From the IMG/VR virus record IMGVR_UViG_3300007516_000010, positions 417 to 64,416 of that record: a DNA stretch of 64,000 nucleotides; one strand, written 5' to 3'. Shown here one piece after another: positions 1 through 9,118 of the stretch. The position numbers and the translations under genes are program-made. Under the pieces are notes generated by a model. It worked only from the letters and a program-made list of their open reading frames with translations, was not told the origin of the DNA and ran no database searches. Numbering within the stretch: the stretch's first letter is position 1; each line of letters starts with the position of its first letter. This stretch comes from a virus.

Positions 1-82
1 GTACGAAGCGGAGCAGCTTGCTCCGCTGATCGAAAAGTGGCGAGAAGAGTCGGAGGAATTAGCCGAGAATACAGCTCCGCCC

Positions 83-505
83 GTGGAGCAGCCCAGCGAC
101 ACGCCGCGCATCGCTACGGAAACAGCCAGCGACGCGACGGCCGAGCCGGCAAGGCTTTCTAGGCTGGAGGTAAGCGAGCGAATACAGAACGACTTGATTT
201 GCTTGCTGGATTCTCATTTCGGTCAAGTCGAGTACGTCGACGAAGTAAAGACGGCTGCATGCCAGATCGTCGTTGATGCGTTCAAGCTGTCGGCAGTGAA
301 ACTGGAACCGCAAACCGTGTGGTTCGCGTGGGGTAGCGACTACGAAGATGGCGACCACCCGTACACGTACGAGTTTGAAACGCCTACAGAAATGAACGCG
401 TTTCTGCACGGCGTTAATGAAGCGATCGGGGCTAGCGATTGCGAGCAATTCGACACGGAGCAGGAAGCGATCGATTACATCAAAGAGAAAACGACTAATA
501 CGTAG
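83..505 (+). CDS. hypothetical protein (acidic, early-region type)
   Basis: 140-aa ORF, GTG start, protein-like composition, co-oriented with neighbours. Confidence 0.6.
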   Translation: MEQPSDTPRIATETASDATAEPARLSRLEVSERIQNDLICLLDSHFGQVEYVDEVKTAACQIVVDAFKLSAVKLEPQTVWFAWGSDYEDGDHPYTYEFETPTEMNAFLHGVNEAIGASDCEQFDTEQEAIDYIKEKTTNT

Positions 506-552
506 CCAGCGTTTCGACCTGGCCACTTAACCCAGAGCAAAAAGAGATACTC

Positions 553-801
553 ATGTTAGAGATCAGTAGGTCCCGCGTCGCGGAGATGATTGAACCACTG
601 GCCGACCACGATGCAGTACGCATCCAAGTGGAAGACGTCCGCCGGCTGCTTGACGCGGCGGTACTCCTGCAGCGGCTGCACTGTGCGGCGGACAAAGGAG
701 AGCTGGGCGATATGGACCTCGCTTGGATGATCGAAACCGACGCGTTAATCATTGGGGCCACCACGCCGGACGAGCATCCCGGCGAGAAGTTCGCTCGGTA
801 G
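553..801 (+). CDS. hypothetical protein
   Basis: 82-aa ORF, ATG preceded by purine-rich AAAAGAG. Confidence 0.6.
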   Translation: MLEISRSRVAEMIEPLADHDAVRIQVEDVRRLLDAAVLLQRLHCAADKGELGDMDLAWMIETDALIIGATTPDEHPGEKFAR

Positions 802-834
802 CTCTTGCTAATTTACAACCCATCCTCACCTCTA

Positions 835-862
835 GCGGCGACAAAATCGATTTTGTCGCCGC
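835..862. repeat. 28-bp dispersed palindrome, copy 1 (perfect)
   Basis: GCGGCGACAAAATCGATTTTGTCGCCGC, intergenic between the stop at 801 and ATG 889. Confidence 0.97.
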
Positions 863-888
863 TTCTTTCATTAACCACCAGGAAAAAT

Positions 889-2544
889 ATGTCTACGACG
901 CAGACCCGCAAGTTCGGACTTCACCCGCATTTGCTGATGGACGTGATTCAGCGGCAAGCTGGTTCACTCAGCAAGAGCTGCCTCGAAGCGGTGATGAATT
1001 CCGTCGACGCGGGAGCGACTTACTGCCGCCTTACGATCGAGAACAACAAAGTTCTGATTGTCGACGACGGACAAGGCTTTCGCAGCCTGCAGGAAATCGA
1101 ACTGTGGTTCGAGACTTTCGGACAGCCGCACGAAGAGTCGGAAAACAAAACCTATGGCTCGTTCCGTATGGGCCGCGGTCAGCTACTCGCCGCCGGCGTT
1201 AATTGCTGGCGTACCGGCGAGTTCGAGATGATCATCGACATCAAGAAAGACGGGCTGGACTACCAGCTGCACACGGATCAATCGCACCACGCGGGATGCG
1301 TAATCGCGGTCTATCTCTACGACAAGCTGCTTCCGTCGGATCTCAACGAGTGCGTCCGCGAGCTGGAAAACTGGGTCAAGTATTGTCCGATCCCGGTGTT
1401 GATCAACGGGCGGCAGGTGTCCAAAGATCCGGCCACCTGCAAGTGGGATTACATCACGGAGCAGGCGTACGTCAAGCTGCATCCCGGTACCGGCAGTGGG
1501 CTGGCGATTTACAATCTCGGTATCCATGTCATGACTGTGCCTGGCTGGAAGTACGGTGTCGGCGGCGAGGTCGTATCGCGGCAACAAGTTCGCGTGAACT
1601 TTGCCCGCAATGATATTCAGAGCGACTGCCCCGTATGGCGGATCGTGAAAGCAAATATCGACGACCAGGCGGGTAAGGAGCTACCTAAGAAAAAGTCGCT
1701 CAACGACGGCGAACGACAACGCCTGGTCGATCGCTTGCTCGGTAAGTCGACGATGTGGGACGATTTTAGAGAATCGCGGACGATCACAGCGGTAACCGGC
1801 AGGCATTACAAGCCGTGGCAATTGCAAGGGTGTCAGCGGGTTACCGTCGCGGCTAAAGGCAACCGGAAGGGCGACACAATCCACCGCCAGAACTTAGCTT
1901 TCGTGATCGCGGAAGAAACACTGCGAAGGTTCCACGTCGAGGATGCAGGTGAGCTGCTGCGGGTGCTGGACAAGTCTGCTGAAAGCTATCTGTACTCGCG
2001 GCTGACCGTCTTAGACTTCGACGAACTGGCAGCCACGATCAGCGATGAACATGAATTGTTGCTAGAGAAAGACCATAATATAAGGGAGAAGATTTGGCTT
2101 GACATGATAAGCGAAACCCGTTTCTGTTTGTCCGTTAGCGATAGCAAGGCAAGTTACCGCAACTTGTGTATTGGCAAAAGCGGTTCCGCTATTGGATGGA
2201 CTGACGCGAATACATACATCGCGATCAACCGGTCCTACCTAGCCAAGCTAAGTTTCAACGCGACTGACTTTGGAAAACTCGCATCTGTTTTGCTGCACGA
2301 AATGTGTCACTGCGATCCAGACATGGATGAGCACGACCATGGTCAGGAGTTCTACGAAGAGTTCCACGACCACGCGCACAAAATCGCCACCTTCGCAGCG
2401 AAGATGGTGAAATTCGTTCCGTCGGTATTAAAGCGGCACGGACGCAAGATCACTAAAGCCCAGCTGGCCGAGCAGGATCAGCTAGCGAAACTGGAAAAAG
2501 CCCAAGAAGACTTCGCAATCGTAACCTCTGACGAAAGGGATTGA
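889..2544 (+). CDS. GHKL (Hsp90/MORC-like) ATPase fused to a C-terminal HExxH zinc-metallopeptidase-like domain
   Basis: Bergerat-fold motifs LEAVMNSVDAGA, IVDDGQGF, GSFRMGRG; C-terminal LLHEMCH...HDHGQEF; start moved from 805 to ATG 889 (SD-like CAGGA). Confidence 0.8.
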   Translation: MSTTQTRKFGLHPHLLMDVIQRQAGSLSKSCLEAVMNSVDAGATYCRLTIENNKVLIVDDGQGFRSLQEIELWFETFGQPHEESENKTYGSFRMGRGQLLAAGVNCWRTGEFEMIIDIKKDGLDYQLHTDQSHHAGCVIAVYLYDKLLPSDLNECVRELENWVKYCPIPVLINGRQVSKDPATCKWDYITEQAYVKLHPGTGSGLAIYNLGIHVMTVPGWKYGVGGEVVSRQQVRVNFARNDIQSDCPVWRIVKANIDDQAGKELPKKKSLNDGERQRLVDRLLGKSTMWDDFRESRTITAVTGRHYKPWQLQGCQRVTVAAKGNRKGDTIHRQNLAFVIAEETLRRFHVEDAGELLRVLDKSAESYLYSRLTVLDFDELAATISDEHELLLEKDHNIREKIWLDMISETRFCLSVSDSKASYRNLCIGKSGSAIGWTDANTYIAINRSYLAKLSFNATDFGKLASVLLHEMCHCDPDMDEHDHGQEFYEEFHDHAHKIATFAAKMVKFVPSVLKRHGRKITKAQLAEQDQLAKLEKAQEDFAIVTSDERD

Positions 2545-2546
2545 CA

Positions 2547-2858
2547 ATGGAAACGCAAGAAACACCGGTTAGTTTGTCGGTATCGCTGCGAGATGCAGCG
2601 GAGGATCAGCTGTATGTCTCGCCCGTGTGCGTACGCGTATGGCGAGACCATATCACGTTGGACCTGGAGGAGCACGGGTTGAACGAGTTAGAATCAGGCT
2701 GCGGCGAGATCATTTACCTGGAGAGGTACGAAGGCTCGCTTCGGTTGATTGTGTGGGCAGACATTAACGACGCAGATCCGACGCACGTGATCGACCTCAG
2801 CAGCGCCCTAGAGAGCAACCGCCGTGTAGCTACTACGGAGACAACCGCACCATGGTAA
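2547..2858 (+). CDS. hypothetical protein
   Basis: ORF abutting the previous stop, ATG 2547. Confidence 0.65.
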   Translation: METQETPVSLSVSLRDAAEDQLYVSPVCVRVWRDHITLDLEEHGLNELESGCGEIIYLERYEGSLRLIVWADINDADPTHVIDLSSALESNRRVATTETTAPW

Positions 2859-3079
2859 CTAACGAAGACCGGGCCCAGTGGGCGGAGAACGTCATGGAGA
2901 CGTTTGCTGACGAGACCGGAATGGACCAGGAGACGGAGCCGGAGACGATTCTAGCGGACTTGTTGTGCGACTTGATGCACTACGCCGCGACGCTAAGCGA
3001 AGGCATTTTTGAAGCGGCGTTGGCGGACGCGAGAGCACACTACGAGCATGAGGTCGGTGACGGCTGCGGCGACAACTGA
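2852..3079 (+). CDS. small conserved phage-type hypothetical protein
   Basis: 75 aa, NEDRAQWA...DLLCDLMHYA...ARAHYEHE; overlaps the previous stop. Confidence 0.7.
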   Translation: MVTNEDRAQWAENVMETFADETGMDQETEPETILADLLCDLMHYAATLSEGIFEAALADARAHYEHEVGDGCGDN

Positions 3080-3121
3080 GCGTTAACGACTTAACGAACC
3101 AAACTAAAAAAGGACCAGTAA

Positions 3122-3853
3122 ATGGGGATTGATTTTACAAAGTCGCCACTCGGCACAAAAGTAGAAACCGTCTACGGACCAGGCGAGATCGCGAAAATTG
3201 ACTCACTGCACCCGTATTCGGTCGTGGTGAATATCGGCAGAAACAAAAGCATGATCCATCGCTATCGAGCGGACGGCAGGGTATGTGGAGCTCATTTACG
3301 CCCCACACTGTTCCTCGCCGACGGGTTCCAGTGGCCTACACAGGAACAGCCGGCCGCACCGGTCGATTGGTCGAAGGTCGTGCTGGATACACCGATCTGG
3401 GTAAAACCTGATGGTTTGACCGCGGTAAAACGTCACTTCAGTATTTACTTAGACGGCAACGTGCGGTTCTGGCCAAACGGAAAAACGAGCCACACCGCGG
3501 GTGATGGCGTCGCTACCGGTGAGGTGCCGTGTTTGTACTGTTCGCTTGTGGAGCCAACACCGCCGCCCGCAACGGCGAAGCCCGAGGAGGCAGAACGGCC
3601 GACGCCGCCGATCGACAAGCGGCACAGGGTCGTACTATCCAACGGAACGGAAATGCACCTGGAAGAATTCAACGAACGCTTGCGTATCAGCTACGTCTAC
3701 ATCGAAGACGGCCACAAGTACGACTCACACATCTGCGAGATCAACGAGAACGGTTTGCTGATTCGCGAGTCGGATGTCTGTGAAATCGTTACCGGACTTA
3801 GCGGACTTAAGTCGCCGGCCAACGAAGACGACCCATACGGGATGCCACGATGA
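3122..3853 (+). CDS. hypothetical protein (contains a VDWSKV-type small phage domain)
   Basis: 243 aa, SD AAGGA; internal VDWSKVVLDTPIWVK...KRHF...NGKTS segment recalled from phage hypotheticals. Confidence 0.65.
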   Translation: MGIDFTKSPLGTKVETVYGPGEIAKIDSLHPYSVVVNIGRNKSMIHRYRADGRVCGAHLRPTLFLADGFQWPTQEQPAAPVDWSKVVLDTPIWVKPDGLTAVKRHFSIYLDGNVRFWPNGKTSHTAGDGVATGEVPCLYCSLVEPTPPPATAKPEEAERPTPPIDKRHRVVLSNGTEMHLEEFNERLRISYVYIEDGHKYDSHICEINENGLLIRESDVCEIVTGLSGLKSPANEDDPYGMPR

Positions 3854-3915
3854 CAACCGACGATGCGTGTGAATGCGAAGAATGCGAAGAATGCGACAAC
3901 GGGAGCGATCAATGA
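3850..3915 (+). CDS. 21-aa Cys/Glu-rich micropeptide MTTDDACECEECEECDNGSDQ
   Basis: ATGA overlap with the upstream stop and ATGA overlap with the downstream start; contains a GAATGCGAA x3 microrepeat. Confidence 0.45.
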   Translation: MTTDDACECEECEECDNGSDQ

Positions 3916-4385
3916 CAAACGCGGAAAAGACCATGACACCGTCACCTTACGCTGCCCAGTTCAATGAGATAGCGGATCAGATCGAAAAACACCGCGAACG
4001 GTTCGACATGCGGTATTGGCTCGACATACCGTATGAGTTTGCGGACGATTTGTCGCGAGTGGGTTACGAGGCTAGTGAAGATATCCTCGTCGATGAAGGC
4101 TATTGCGGCACCGCTGCTTGTATCGGCGGAACTGCCGAAGCTATCGCGGCAAAGGATGGCAAGTCGCTACAGGAGTATTTGCCGCTTAGCAGTGTCCAGC
4201 GGCTATCGCTTTATTACTCGGATGCCGTATATCCACTGCTTAGCGTGTGGGAAATGTACGCAGCCGAACTAGGCATTACCGAAGAGGCGGTGGCAGATGC
4301 CGAGCTGCTGGCGACAATCGACGCTGAAATGGCCATTACGATGCTGCGAAAGCTAGCCACAGGCGAATGGGTATTCGATGCTTAG
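3912..4385 (+). CDS. hypothetical protein
   Basis: start moved to ATG 3912; contains FDMRYW and CGTAACIGG. Confidence 0.65.
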   Translation: MTNAEKTMTPSPYAAQFNEIADQIEKHRERFDMRYWLDIPYEFADDLSRVGYEASEDILVDEGYCGTAACIGGTAEAIAAKDGKSLQEYLPLSSVQRLSLYYSDAVYPLLSVWEMYAAELGITEEAVADAELLATIDAEMAITMLRKLATGEWVFDA

Positions 4386-4401
4386 TATCCATTTCACCTT
4401 A

Positions 4402-4429
4402 GCGGCGACAAAATCGATTTTGTCGCCGA
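4402..4429. repeat. 28-bp dispersed palindrome, copy 2 (1 mismatch)
   Basis: GCGGCGACAAAATCGATTTTGTCGCCGA, 16 bp after the stop at 4385. Confidence 0.95.
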
Positions 4430-4464
4430 TGATCAGTTAAACCCCCCAACCCAGTGAAATTTAA

Positions 4465-5460
4465 ATGACATTTTCAACTTATTCTACAGCAAGTAAGCCA
4501 CGATCGATTGCGAAACACAACTCGACGACAAAACGAGAACCGTTTACAACGCTAGGACAAACTAACACACCGGTTTCAATCTACGACTTCGCCACGCTTT
4601 GGGGTGACTTGGTCGAGGCTTATCACCGCCAAGGCAGCCGAGAGCGGCTAGACACGGTGGTTCTACCGGCGTTCTGTGTCGACGAGCATACTCAATTGAA
4701 CTCGTTGATGACGCTGGCTGGCGAGTTTGCGAAGCGTTACCGTTGCGAGTTTTGGTTTGATGGCAAGCCGCTACCTGCGTACTTGGACGCTATGAACGGT
4801 AACTACAAGTTTTCGCAGGTCGCGATTACGGTTGTACGACCGGAATTAATGACTGCTGAGCAGAGTATGCCACGTGATGAGCCGAACGCGGCCGATGCGG
4901 CAGAGACGGTAGCCAACCCTGAACCTGCACCCGCGGCGGAGGTGGTAGCGGAGGCCGAACCTGAACCCGCGGCGGAGGTGGTAGCCAACCCTGAACCTGA
5001 ACCCGCGGCGGAGGTGGTAGCGGAGGCCGAACCTGAACCCGCGGCGGAGGTGGTAGCTTTAGCTGAGGAGCTGCCTGTGTCCGAGCCGGCCAAGGCAGTT
5101 AAACCGGGCAAGTCCGCCAAACCGGCCAAACCGGCCAAACCGGCCAAACCTGGCAAACAGTTGAGGCCTAGCTTGGCGGACTTAGATAGAGCTAGGCGAG
5201 AGAAGCGAAAGTACAAAGGCTACCAGGCAACGCCAACGAGCAAGCCGCGGTTCTTCAGTCGTGTTGCCGATGCGGATATGGAGAACCTGTTAGACGCGGT
5301 GATCGCCATCGATAAACTACGTCGTCCACAGTATAAGGAGGTCAAGCTCTCCGCGGATTTATTCGACAAGTTGAAACAGGTGATCATCGAGATGGATGCC
5401 ATCCGTGGTGATTTGCTTGAGGTCATCGTCGCACAGCCATCGCACTTACCGGGAGATTAA
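4465..5460 (+). CDS. hypothetical protein with Ala/Glu/Pro repeats and a KPA basic repeat
   Basis: 331 aa; (VANPEPxPAAEV/VAEAEPEPAAEV) x4 followed by KPAKPAKPAKPGK. Confidence 0.75.
   Translation: MTFSTYSTASKPRSIAKHNSTTKREPFTTLGQTNTPVSIYDFATLWGDLVEAYHRQGSRERLDTVVLPAFCVDEHTQLNSLMTLAGEFAKRYRCEFWFDGKPLPAYLDAMNGNYKFSQVAITVVRPELMTAEQSMPRDEPNAADAAETVANPEPAPAAEVVAEAEPEPAAEVVANPEPEPAAEVVAEAEPEPAAEVVALAEELPVSEPAKAVKPGKSAKPAKPAKPAKPGKQLRPSLADLDRARREKRKYKGYQATPTSKPRFFSRVADADMENLLDAVIAIDKLRRPQYKEVKLSADLFDKLKQVIIEMDAIRGDLLEVIVAQPSHLPGD
4909..5057 (+). repeat. intragenic 36-nt tandem repeat, alternating A-B-A-B units
   Basis: GTAGCCAACCCTGAACCTG(C/A)ACCCGCGGCGGAGGTG alternating with GTAGCGGAGGCCGAACCTGAACCCGCGGCGGAGGTG. 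Confidence 0.9.
5116..5151 (+). repeat. 9-nt tandem repeat (GCCAAACCG x4) encoding AKP
   Basis: read directly from the sequence. Confidence 0.9.
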
Positions 5461-5468
5461 AGGCTAAC

Positions 5469-5792
5469 TTGACCACCGACTACATCGAGGCCGGCAGTAT
5501 CGCCGTGCCGGGTAAGTGGGTTCATCTCTGCGAGCGATGGCATGCGGGTAAATCGAGCATGTGTTACGCGATCGCAACAGCGGGAAACGTACCGTTTGCC
5601 GTCCGGACACCAACGCAGGTCACTGCGGAGCAGCGATACCATGGTTGCTACTTACAACTCGTCTACGAGTTGAGGCAGATGGTGTCACTGTCGCAACACG
5701 CAAGCGACGATCAAAGACGGCTGCAACTGTTTCTAGCCTGGGCGGAAAGTCAGGCCGCTCGATTGCAGGAGAACTATCAGCTAGAGTGCTGA
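5469..5792 (+). CDS. hypothetical protein
   Basis: 107 aa, TTG start after AAAGG. Confidence 0.6.
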   Translation: MTTDYIEAGSIAVPGKWVHLCERWHAGKSSMCYAIATAGNVPFAVRTPTQVTAEQRYHGCYLQLVYELRQMVSLSQHASDDQRRLQLFLAWAESQAARLQENYQLEC

Positions 5793-5862
5793 CCGAACAA
5801 GAAAAAAGCCGGCCGCTGTTGGACAGACAGCGACCGGCCGAAGACAACACGGGAAGCCGCCC

Positions 5863-6858
5863 ATGTCACCTACTATTCTACCGCCGGTACCTCCGCCCGA
5901 TCCAGTGGTGTTACCTGATTTTTCTGCGATTATCGGCAGGCAACAGGCCGAGGTTTTTAGTAATTCGTTAGCTAGGGAGACCATTAGAGAAAACAACATT
6001 CGTAATCACCGCGTGGCAGACTTCATGCAGGACAGGGATGCCGACATTGCCGCTCGTTTGCGAAGTTGCCATCGGCTACTACAGCGTAAGGGCGATTATT
6101 ACCAGTCGTCCATGTTTTGCCGGCAGACTCGCTTGTGCGCTAATTGTCACGTGATTCGTAGCCGCTACACCCAGGAGCGATTCAGCGAGGCGGTGGCTGC
6201 GTTCTCTTCCCGGCAAGGGGTAAAAACACGCCTATTATCATTTGTGCTGCATCCAGAGGCGAAGCCTGAGTTATCGCTCTCGGTAGTCGCCGACGTCATA
6301 AGTCGTTTTGGGCAGCGGTTAGAGTGGTACCGAACGCGGCATAACAACAGCGGAGTAACTAAGCGAGAGGTGCTTGGTCCGGTGATGCTGTCGTCACATT
6401 TGCAACCGGCTGCCAAGTTTACTGCTCCTGGCGGCTTTCGGATGTCGCACGGCGACAAGATGCACCTTCACATTTTGCTAGGTGTACATGACCGCGCTGT
6501 TGCTAAAGACATCGCCGCGATGCTAGAGCAGCTGTGGGTGTCCGCACAGTACAGCGATCATCGGCAAATGGATATGAAGCTTAAGCGGGAGAAACTTGAG
6601 CTCGAGGATGCAGAGCATGAGGCCAATTTGATCGCATACCTGGCTAGACACATTAAGCCGGTATGGAATCCGCGACAGGTGATTCAAGCGTACGACCTGG
6701 CTGCGACGTTGTCGCGGTCTTCGCTATGCCGTCTCATGGGTGCATCGGGCGTGGTGCGTAAGTTACCTAGCCGACTACCGTTGATCGGCGAGGCGATACA
6801 GTTTAATTCCGACGGGCTAAATTTCGAGCCTGTCTTCCTTTCACAGTGGACACATTAA
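5863..6858 (+). CDS. rolling-circle Rep_1-like HUH endonuclease
   Basis: N-terminal AARLRSC...FCRQTRLCANC Cys cluster, motif I LSFVLHP, HUH motif II MHLHILL, motif III LIAYLARHIK. Confidence 0.65.
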   Translation: MSPTILPPVPPPDPVVLPDFSAIIGRQQAEVFSNSLARETIRENNIRNHRVADFMQDRDADIAARLRSCHRLLQRKGDYYQSSMFCRQTRLCANCHVIRSRYTQERFSEAVAAFSSRQGVKTRLLSFVLHPEAKPELSLSVVADVISRFGQRLEWYRTRHNNSGVTKREVLGPVMLSSHLQPAAKFTAPGGFRMSHGDKMHLHILLGVHDRAVAKDIAAMLEQLWVSAQYSDHRQMDMKLKREKLELEDAEHEANLIAYLARHIKPVWNPRQVIQAYDLAATLSRSSLCRLMGASGVVRKLPSRLPLIGEAIQFNSDGLNFEPVFLSQWTH

Positions 6859-7019
6859 TGCCGGTTAAAAAGTTTTTCGGCGAACGGCTGTGGTGACTTA
6901 CGCTTGGCCGTTGTCGCGGCAGGCTATCTGAGTTTTGCCGCAGCGACGACAAGGTAAGCATCAAAAGAAGCGATAATTGAACAAGTGTCTCACTGATGTG
7001 ACACGGAAAGCGACAAAAT

Positions 7020-7634
7020 ATGAAAGCAACGTCACTACGATCTCAGGTCCCAAATAATTCCCACGCTTCTTTGAAGGATCTGCTGGTCTCACTAGGAGTG
7101 GCTCGTTGGGACGTTTTAGCGTTTACCGACGGCTCCGGCTCCACCCGCGGTAAAGCGGGAGGCTACGCGGCGGTTTACCGTACGCACGATTCCGCATTCA
7201 GGACTCTTACGGGTGGAATTGAGAGCACCACAAGCCAGGAAGCGGAGCTGCGGGCGGTATTTGAGGTAGTAAACGCCCTCTTGGTAACCCGCAAAAATGA
7301 ACAGTCTGGCGGGCTGTTAATCCAGCTAGTAAGCGATAGCAGGTACGTCGTCGACAAGCTAGCGTCGCTCGATCCGCTCAGTTCTCTTGATACAGGCAAA
7401 CACACCATGCTAATCGGCGGGTTACTAGAGGCCGCTCGCCGTGGCGTGAAAGTTGCTCCCCACTACGTGCCACGAAATCAGAACCCTCTGATGCGGTTGG
7501 CCGATCACTTGTCAAAAGTGGGAAGATTGGCGAATAGTTTGGAAACACATGAACCCAGGCTAGCCGCGACGTTGTCGGAGTGTGACAAGGAGTTCCCGCT
7601 GACGATCGTGGCAGCCAGAAAAGGAAAGATATAA
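7020..7634 (+). CDS. rnhA: ribonuclease HI
   Basis: catalytic D-E-D-D pattern: AFTDGS, SQEAELRA, VSDSRYV, HYVPRNQN...ADHLSK. Confidence 0.85.
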   Translation: MKATSLRSQVPNNSHASLKDLLVSLGVARWDVLAFTDGSGSTRGKAGGYAAVYRTHDSAFRTLTGGIESTTSQEAELRAVFEVVNALLVTRKNEQSGGLLIQLVSDSRYVVDKLASLDPLSSLDTGKHTMLIGGLLEAARRGVKVAPHYVPRNQNPLMRLADHLSKVGRLANSLETHEPRLAATLSECDKEFPLTIVAARKGKI

Positions 7635-7903
7635 TGATCACTGTCAACCAACCCAGAGTGTCTACGTTCACCGTAGAGCGGGGCGACTACCTAGTCGACT
7701 TGATCTGCGAAGAGCTCGGCACGCATCAAACACGCAAACTATCAGTGCTGGGCGTATACGACGGTTACGTCAACGCGGCAGACGAATTTGGTGGTTTGCT
7801 ACAGTTCAAGCTCGTATTTTGGCTAGACCGGATGAATCCGCGACGGTTCGTGAATACTGAACTGAGGTTGCTGCCAGACATGTTGCCTGCGCAGCAGTAC
7901 TGA
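7634..7903 (+). CDS. hypothetical protein
   Basis: 89 aa, TAATG coupling to rnhA. Confidence 0.6.
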   Translation: MITVNQPRVSTFTVERGDYLVDLICEELGTHQTRKLSVLGVYDGYVNAADEFGGLLQFKLVFWLDRMNPRRFVNTELRLLPDMLPAQQY

Positions 7904-7935
7904 CTAGCGATCAGCTAGTAATCGATAGTTTATGG

Positions 7936-7978
7936 ACAGCCGCCCTGGCCGCAAGGTTTGGGCGGCTGTTGTTGTTTT
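7936..7978 (+). terminator. intrinsic terminator
   Basis: ACAGCCGCCC/GGGCGGCTGT 10-bp stem topped by a GCAA tetraloop hairpin, followed by TGTTGTTTT. Confidence 0.7.
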
Positions 7979-8077
7979 CCGGGAGAGGATGTCAGCTTCG
8001 CCGGGAATTGTTAGGATACTCGCCGAGATCGTCCGTTGCCGGACGAGGCAAAGACCCCCTTTATCAAAAGATGTTTC

Positions 8078-9106
8078 ATGGCCAAGAAGAAGACGACCAA
8101 CGCTAGTAAAGCCGCCCCTATCGAGTTAGCGACTGCGGACTGCGTTAAACATGTTCTGCGGATTGCGATCAGCACCGGATCGAGTCCGAATCCGTATTTC
8201 GCTGAGACAATTCTGCGCAATTACGTGCCGATGGAGGCACTCACCGCCGTGGTGAAGTTGTCCGCAGATGGATTACAGATCGAACGCACTTACGTGTCGA
8301 TTCGCACCGGGGGGATGCCAGCCATCCTGGTGCTACTTGGCGATTACGTTCCGATGGCAATGATCGAGCTGGAATCCCTACAGGGTGTACCGGTGGCGGT
8401 CGAGGTGATGGCGGAAGCGGCGGACATGCTGCCGTTTGCGGCGAGCAGAGCGGCGTCTGTGGAGTCGCTGGTAGCTGCCGCGGTGCAGGTGGGGATCACC
8501 GCCTGGGAGAATTCCAGTGCCGGAGCTACGGATGCCGGTGAATACGAAGAGGTAGAGGACGCCGTGGAGGAGTCACCAGCGGTTGCCGAGCACGACGACG
8601 ACGAAACGGCACCATTTGATTCTGACGAAGAGACTGCGGAGGAGGAGCCAGCAGACGAAGAAGAGTACGAGGAGGTCGAGGTCGAGGTCGAAGAAGAGCT
8701 AGCAGACGGTGAAGAGTATGAGGAGCTAGCAGACGGTGAAGAGTATGAGGAGCTAGCAGACGGTGAAGAGTATGAGGAGGTCGAGGTCGAGGTCGAAGAG
8801 GAGCTAGCAGATGGTGAAGAGTATGAGGAGATCGAGGTCGAGGTCGAAGAAGAGCTAGCAGACGGCGAAGAGTACGAGGAGATCGAGGTCGAGGTCGAAG
8901 AAGAGTACGAAGATGAGGAGTACGAGATCGATAGCAGTGAAGAAACCGACGAAGAGATAATCGCGACCATCGCGGCGGTAAATGACATGGCGACGTTACT
9001 GCAGTACGCAGAGTCGGTAATGATGTCTGCTAAGACAGTGGCAAAATGCGGCAACGATCCGGTCAAGTTACGGACCGCGTTGATCGCACAGTTACAAAAA
9101 CCTTAA
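8078..9106 (+). CDS. highly acidic repeat protein
   Basis: start moved to MAKKKTT (8078); central EEYEEVEVEVEEELADG repeats. Confidence 0.75.
   Translation: MAKKKTTNASKAAPIELATADCVKHVLRIAISTGSSPNPYFAETILRNYVPMEALTAVVKLSADGLQIERTYVSIRTGGMPAILVLLGDYVPMAMIELESLQGVPVAVEVMAEAADMLPFAASRAASVESLVAAAVQVGITAWENSSAGATDAGEYEEVEDAVEESPAVAEHDDDETAPFDSDEETAEEEPADEEEYEEVEVEVEEELADGEEYEELADGEEYEELADGEEYEEVEVEVEEELADGEEYEEIEVEVEEELADGEEYEEIEVEVEEEYEDEEYEIDSSEETDEEIIATIAAVNDMATLLQYAESVMMSAKTVAKCGNDPVKLRTALIAQLQKP
8660..8905 (+). repeat. intragenic composite tandem repeat (51-nt and 27-nt units)
   Basis: order long-short-short-long-long-partial; long unit = EEYEE(V/I)EVEVEEELADG, short unit = EEYEELADG. Confidence 0.9.
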
Positions 9107-9118
9107 GGACCAAAACGG

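Noticed and set aside
805-888. ORF-track N-terminal extension of the GHKL gene through palindrome copy 1 (and similar extensions at 13193, 14632, 22260, 33439, 44835, 60226, 61611)
   Set aside because: Better starts with SD or stop/start coupling lie downstream; the extensions read through intergenic DNA or upstream genes
7385-7392. CTTGATA matching the pC194-family nick site near the Rep gene
   Set aside because: A 7-mer expected several times by chance (it recurs at 60781), lying inside rnhA with no supporting hairpin
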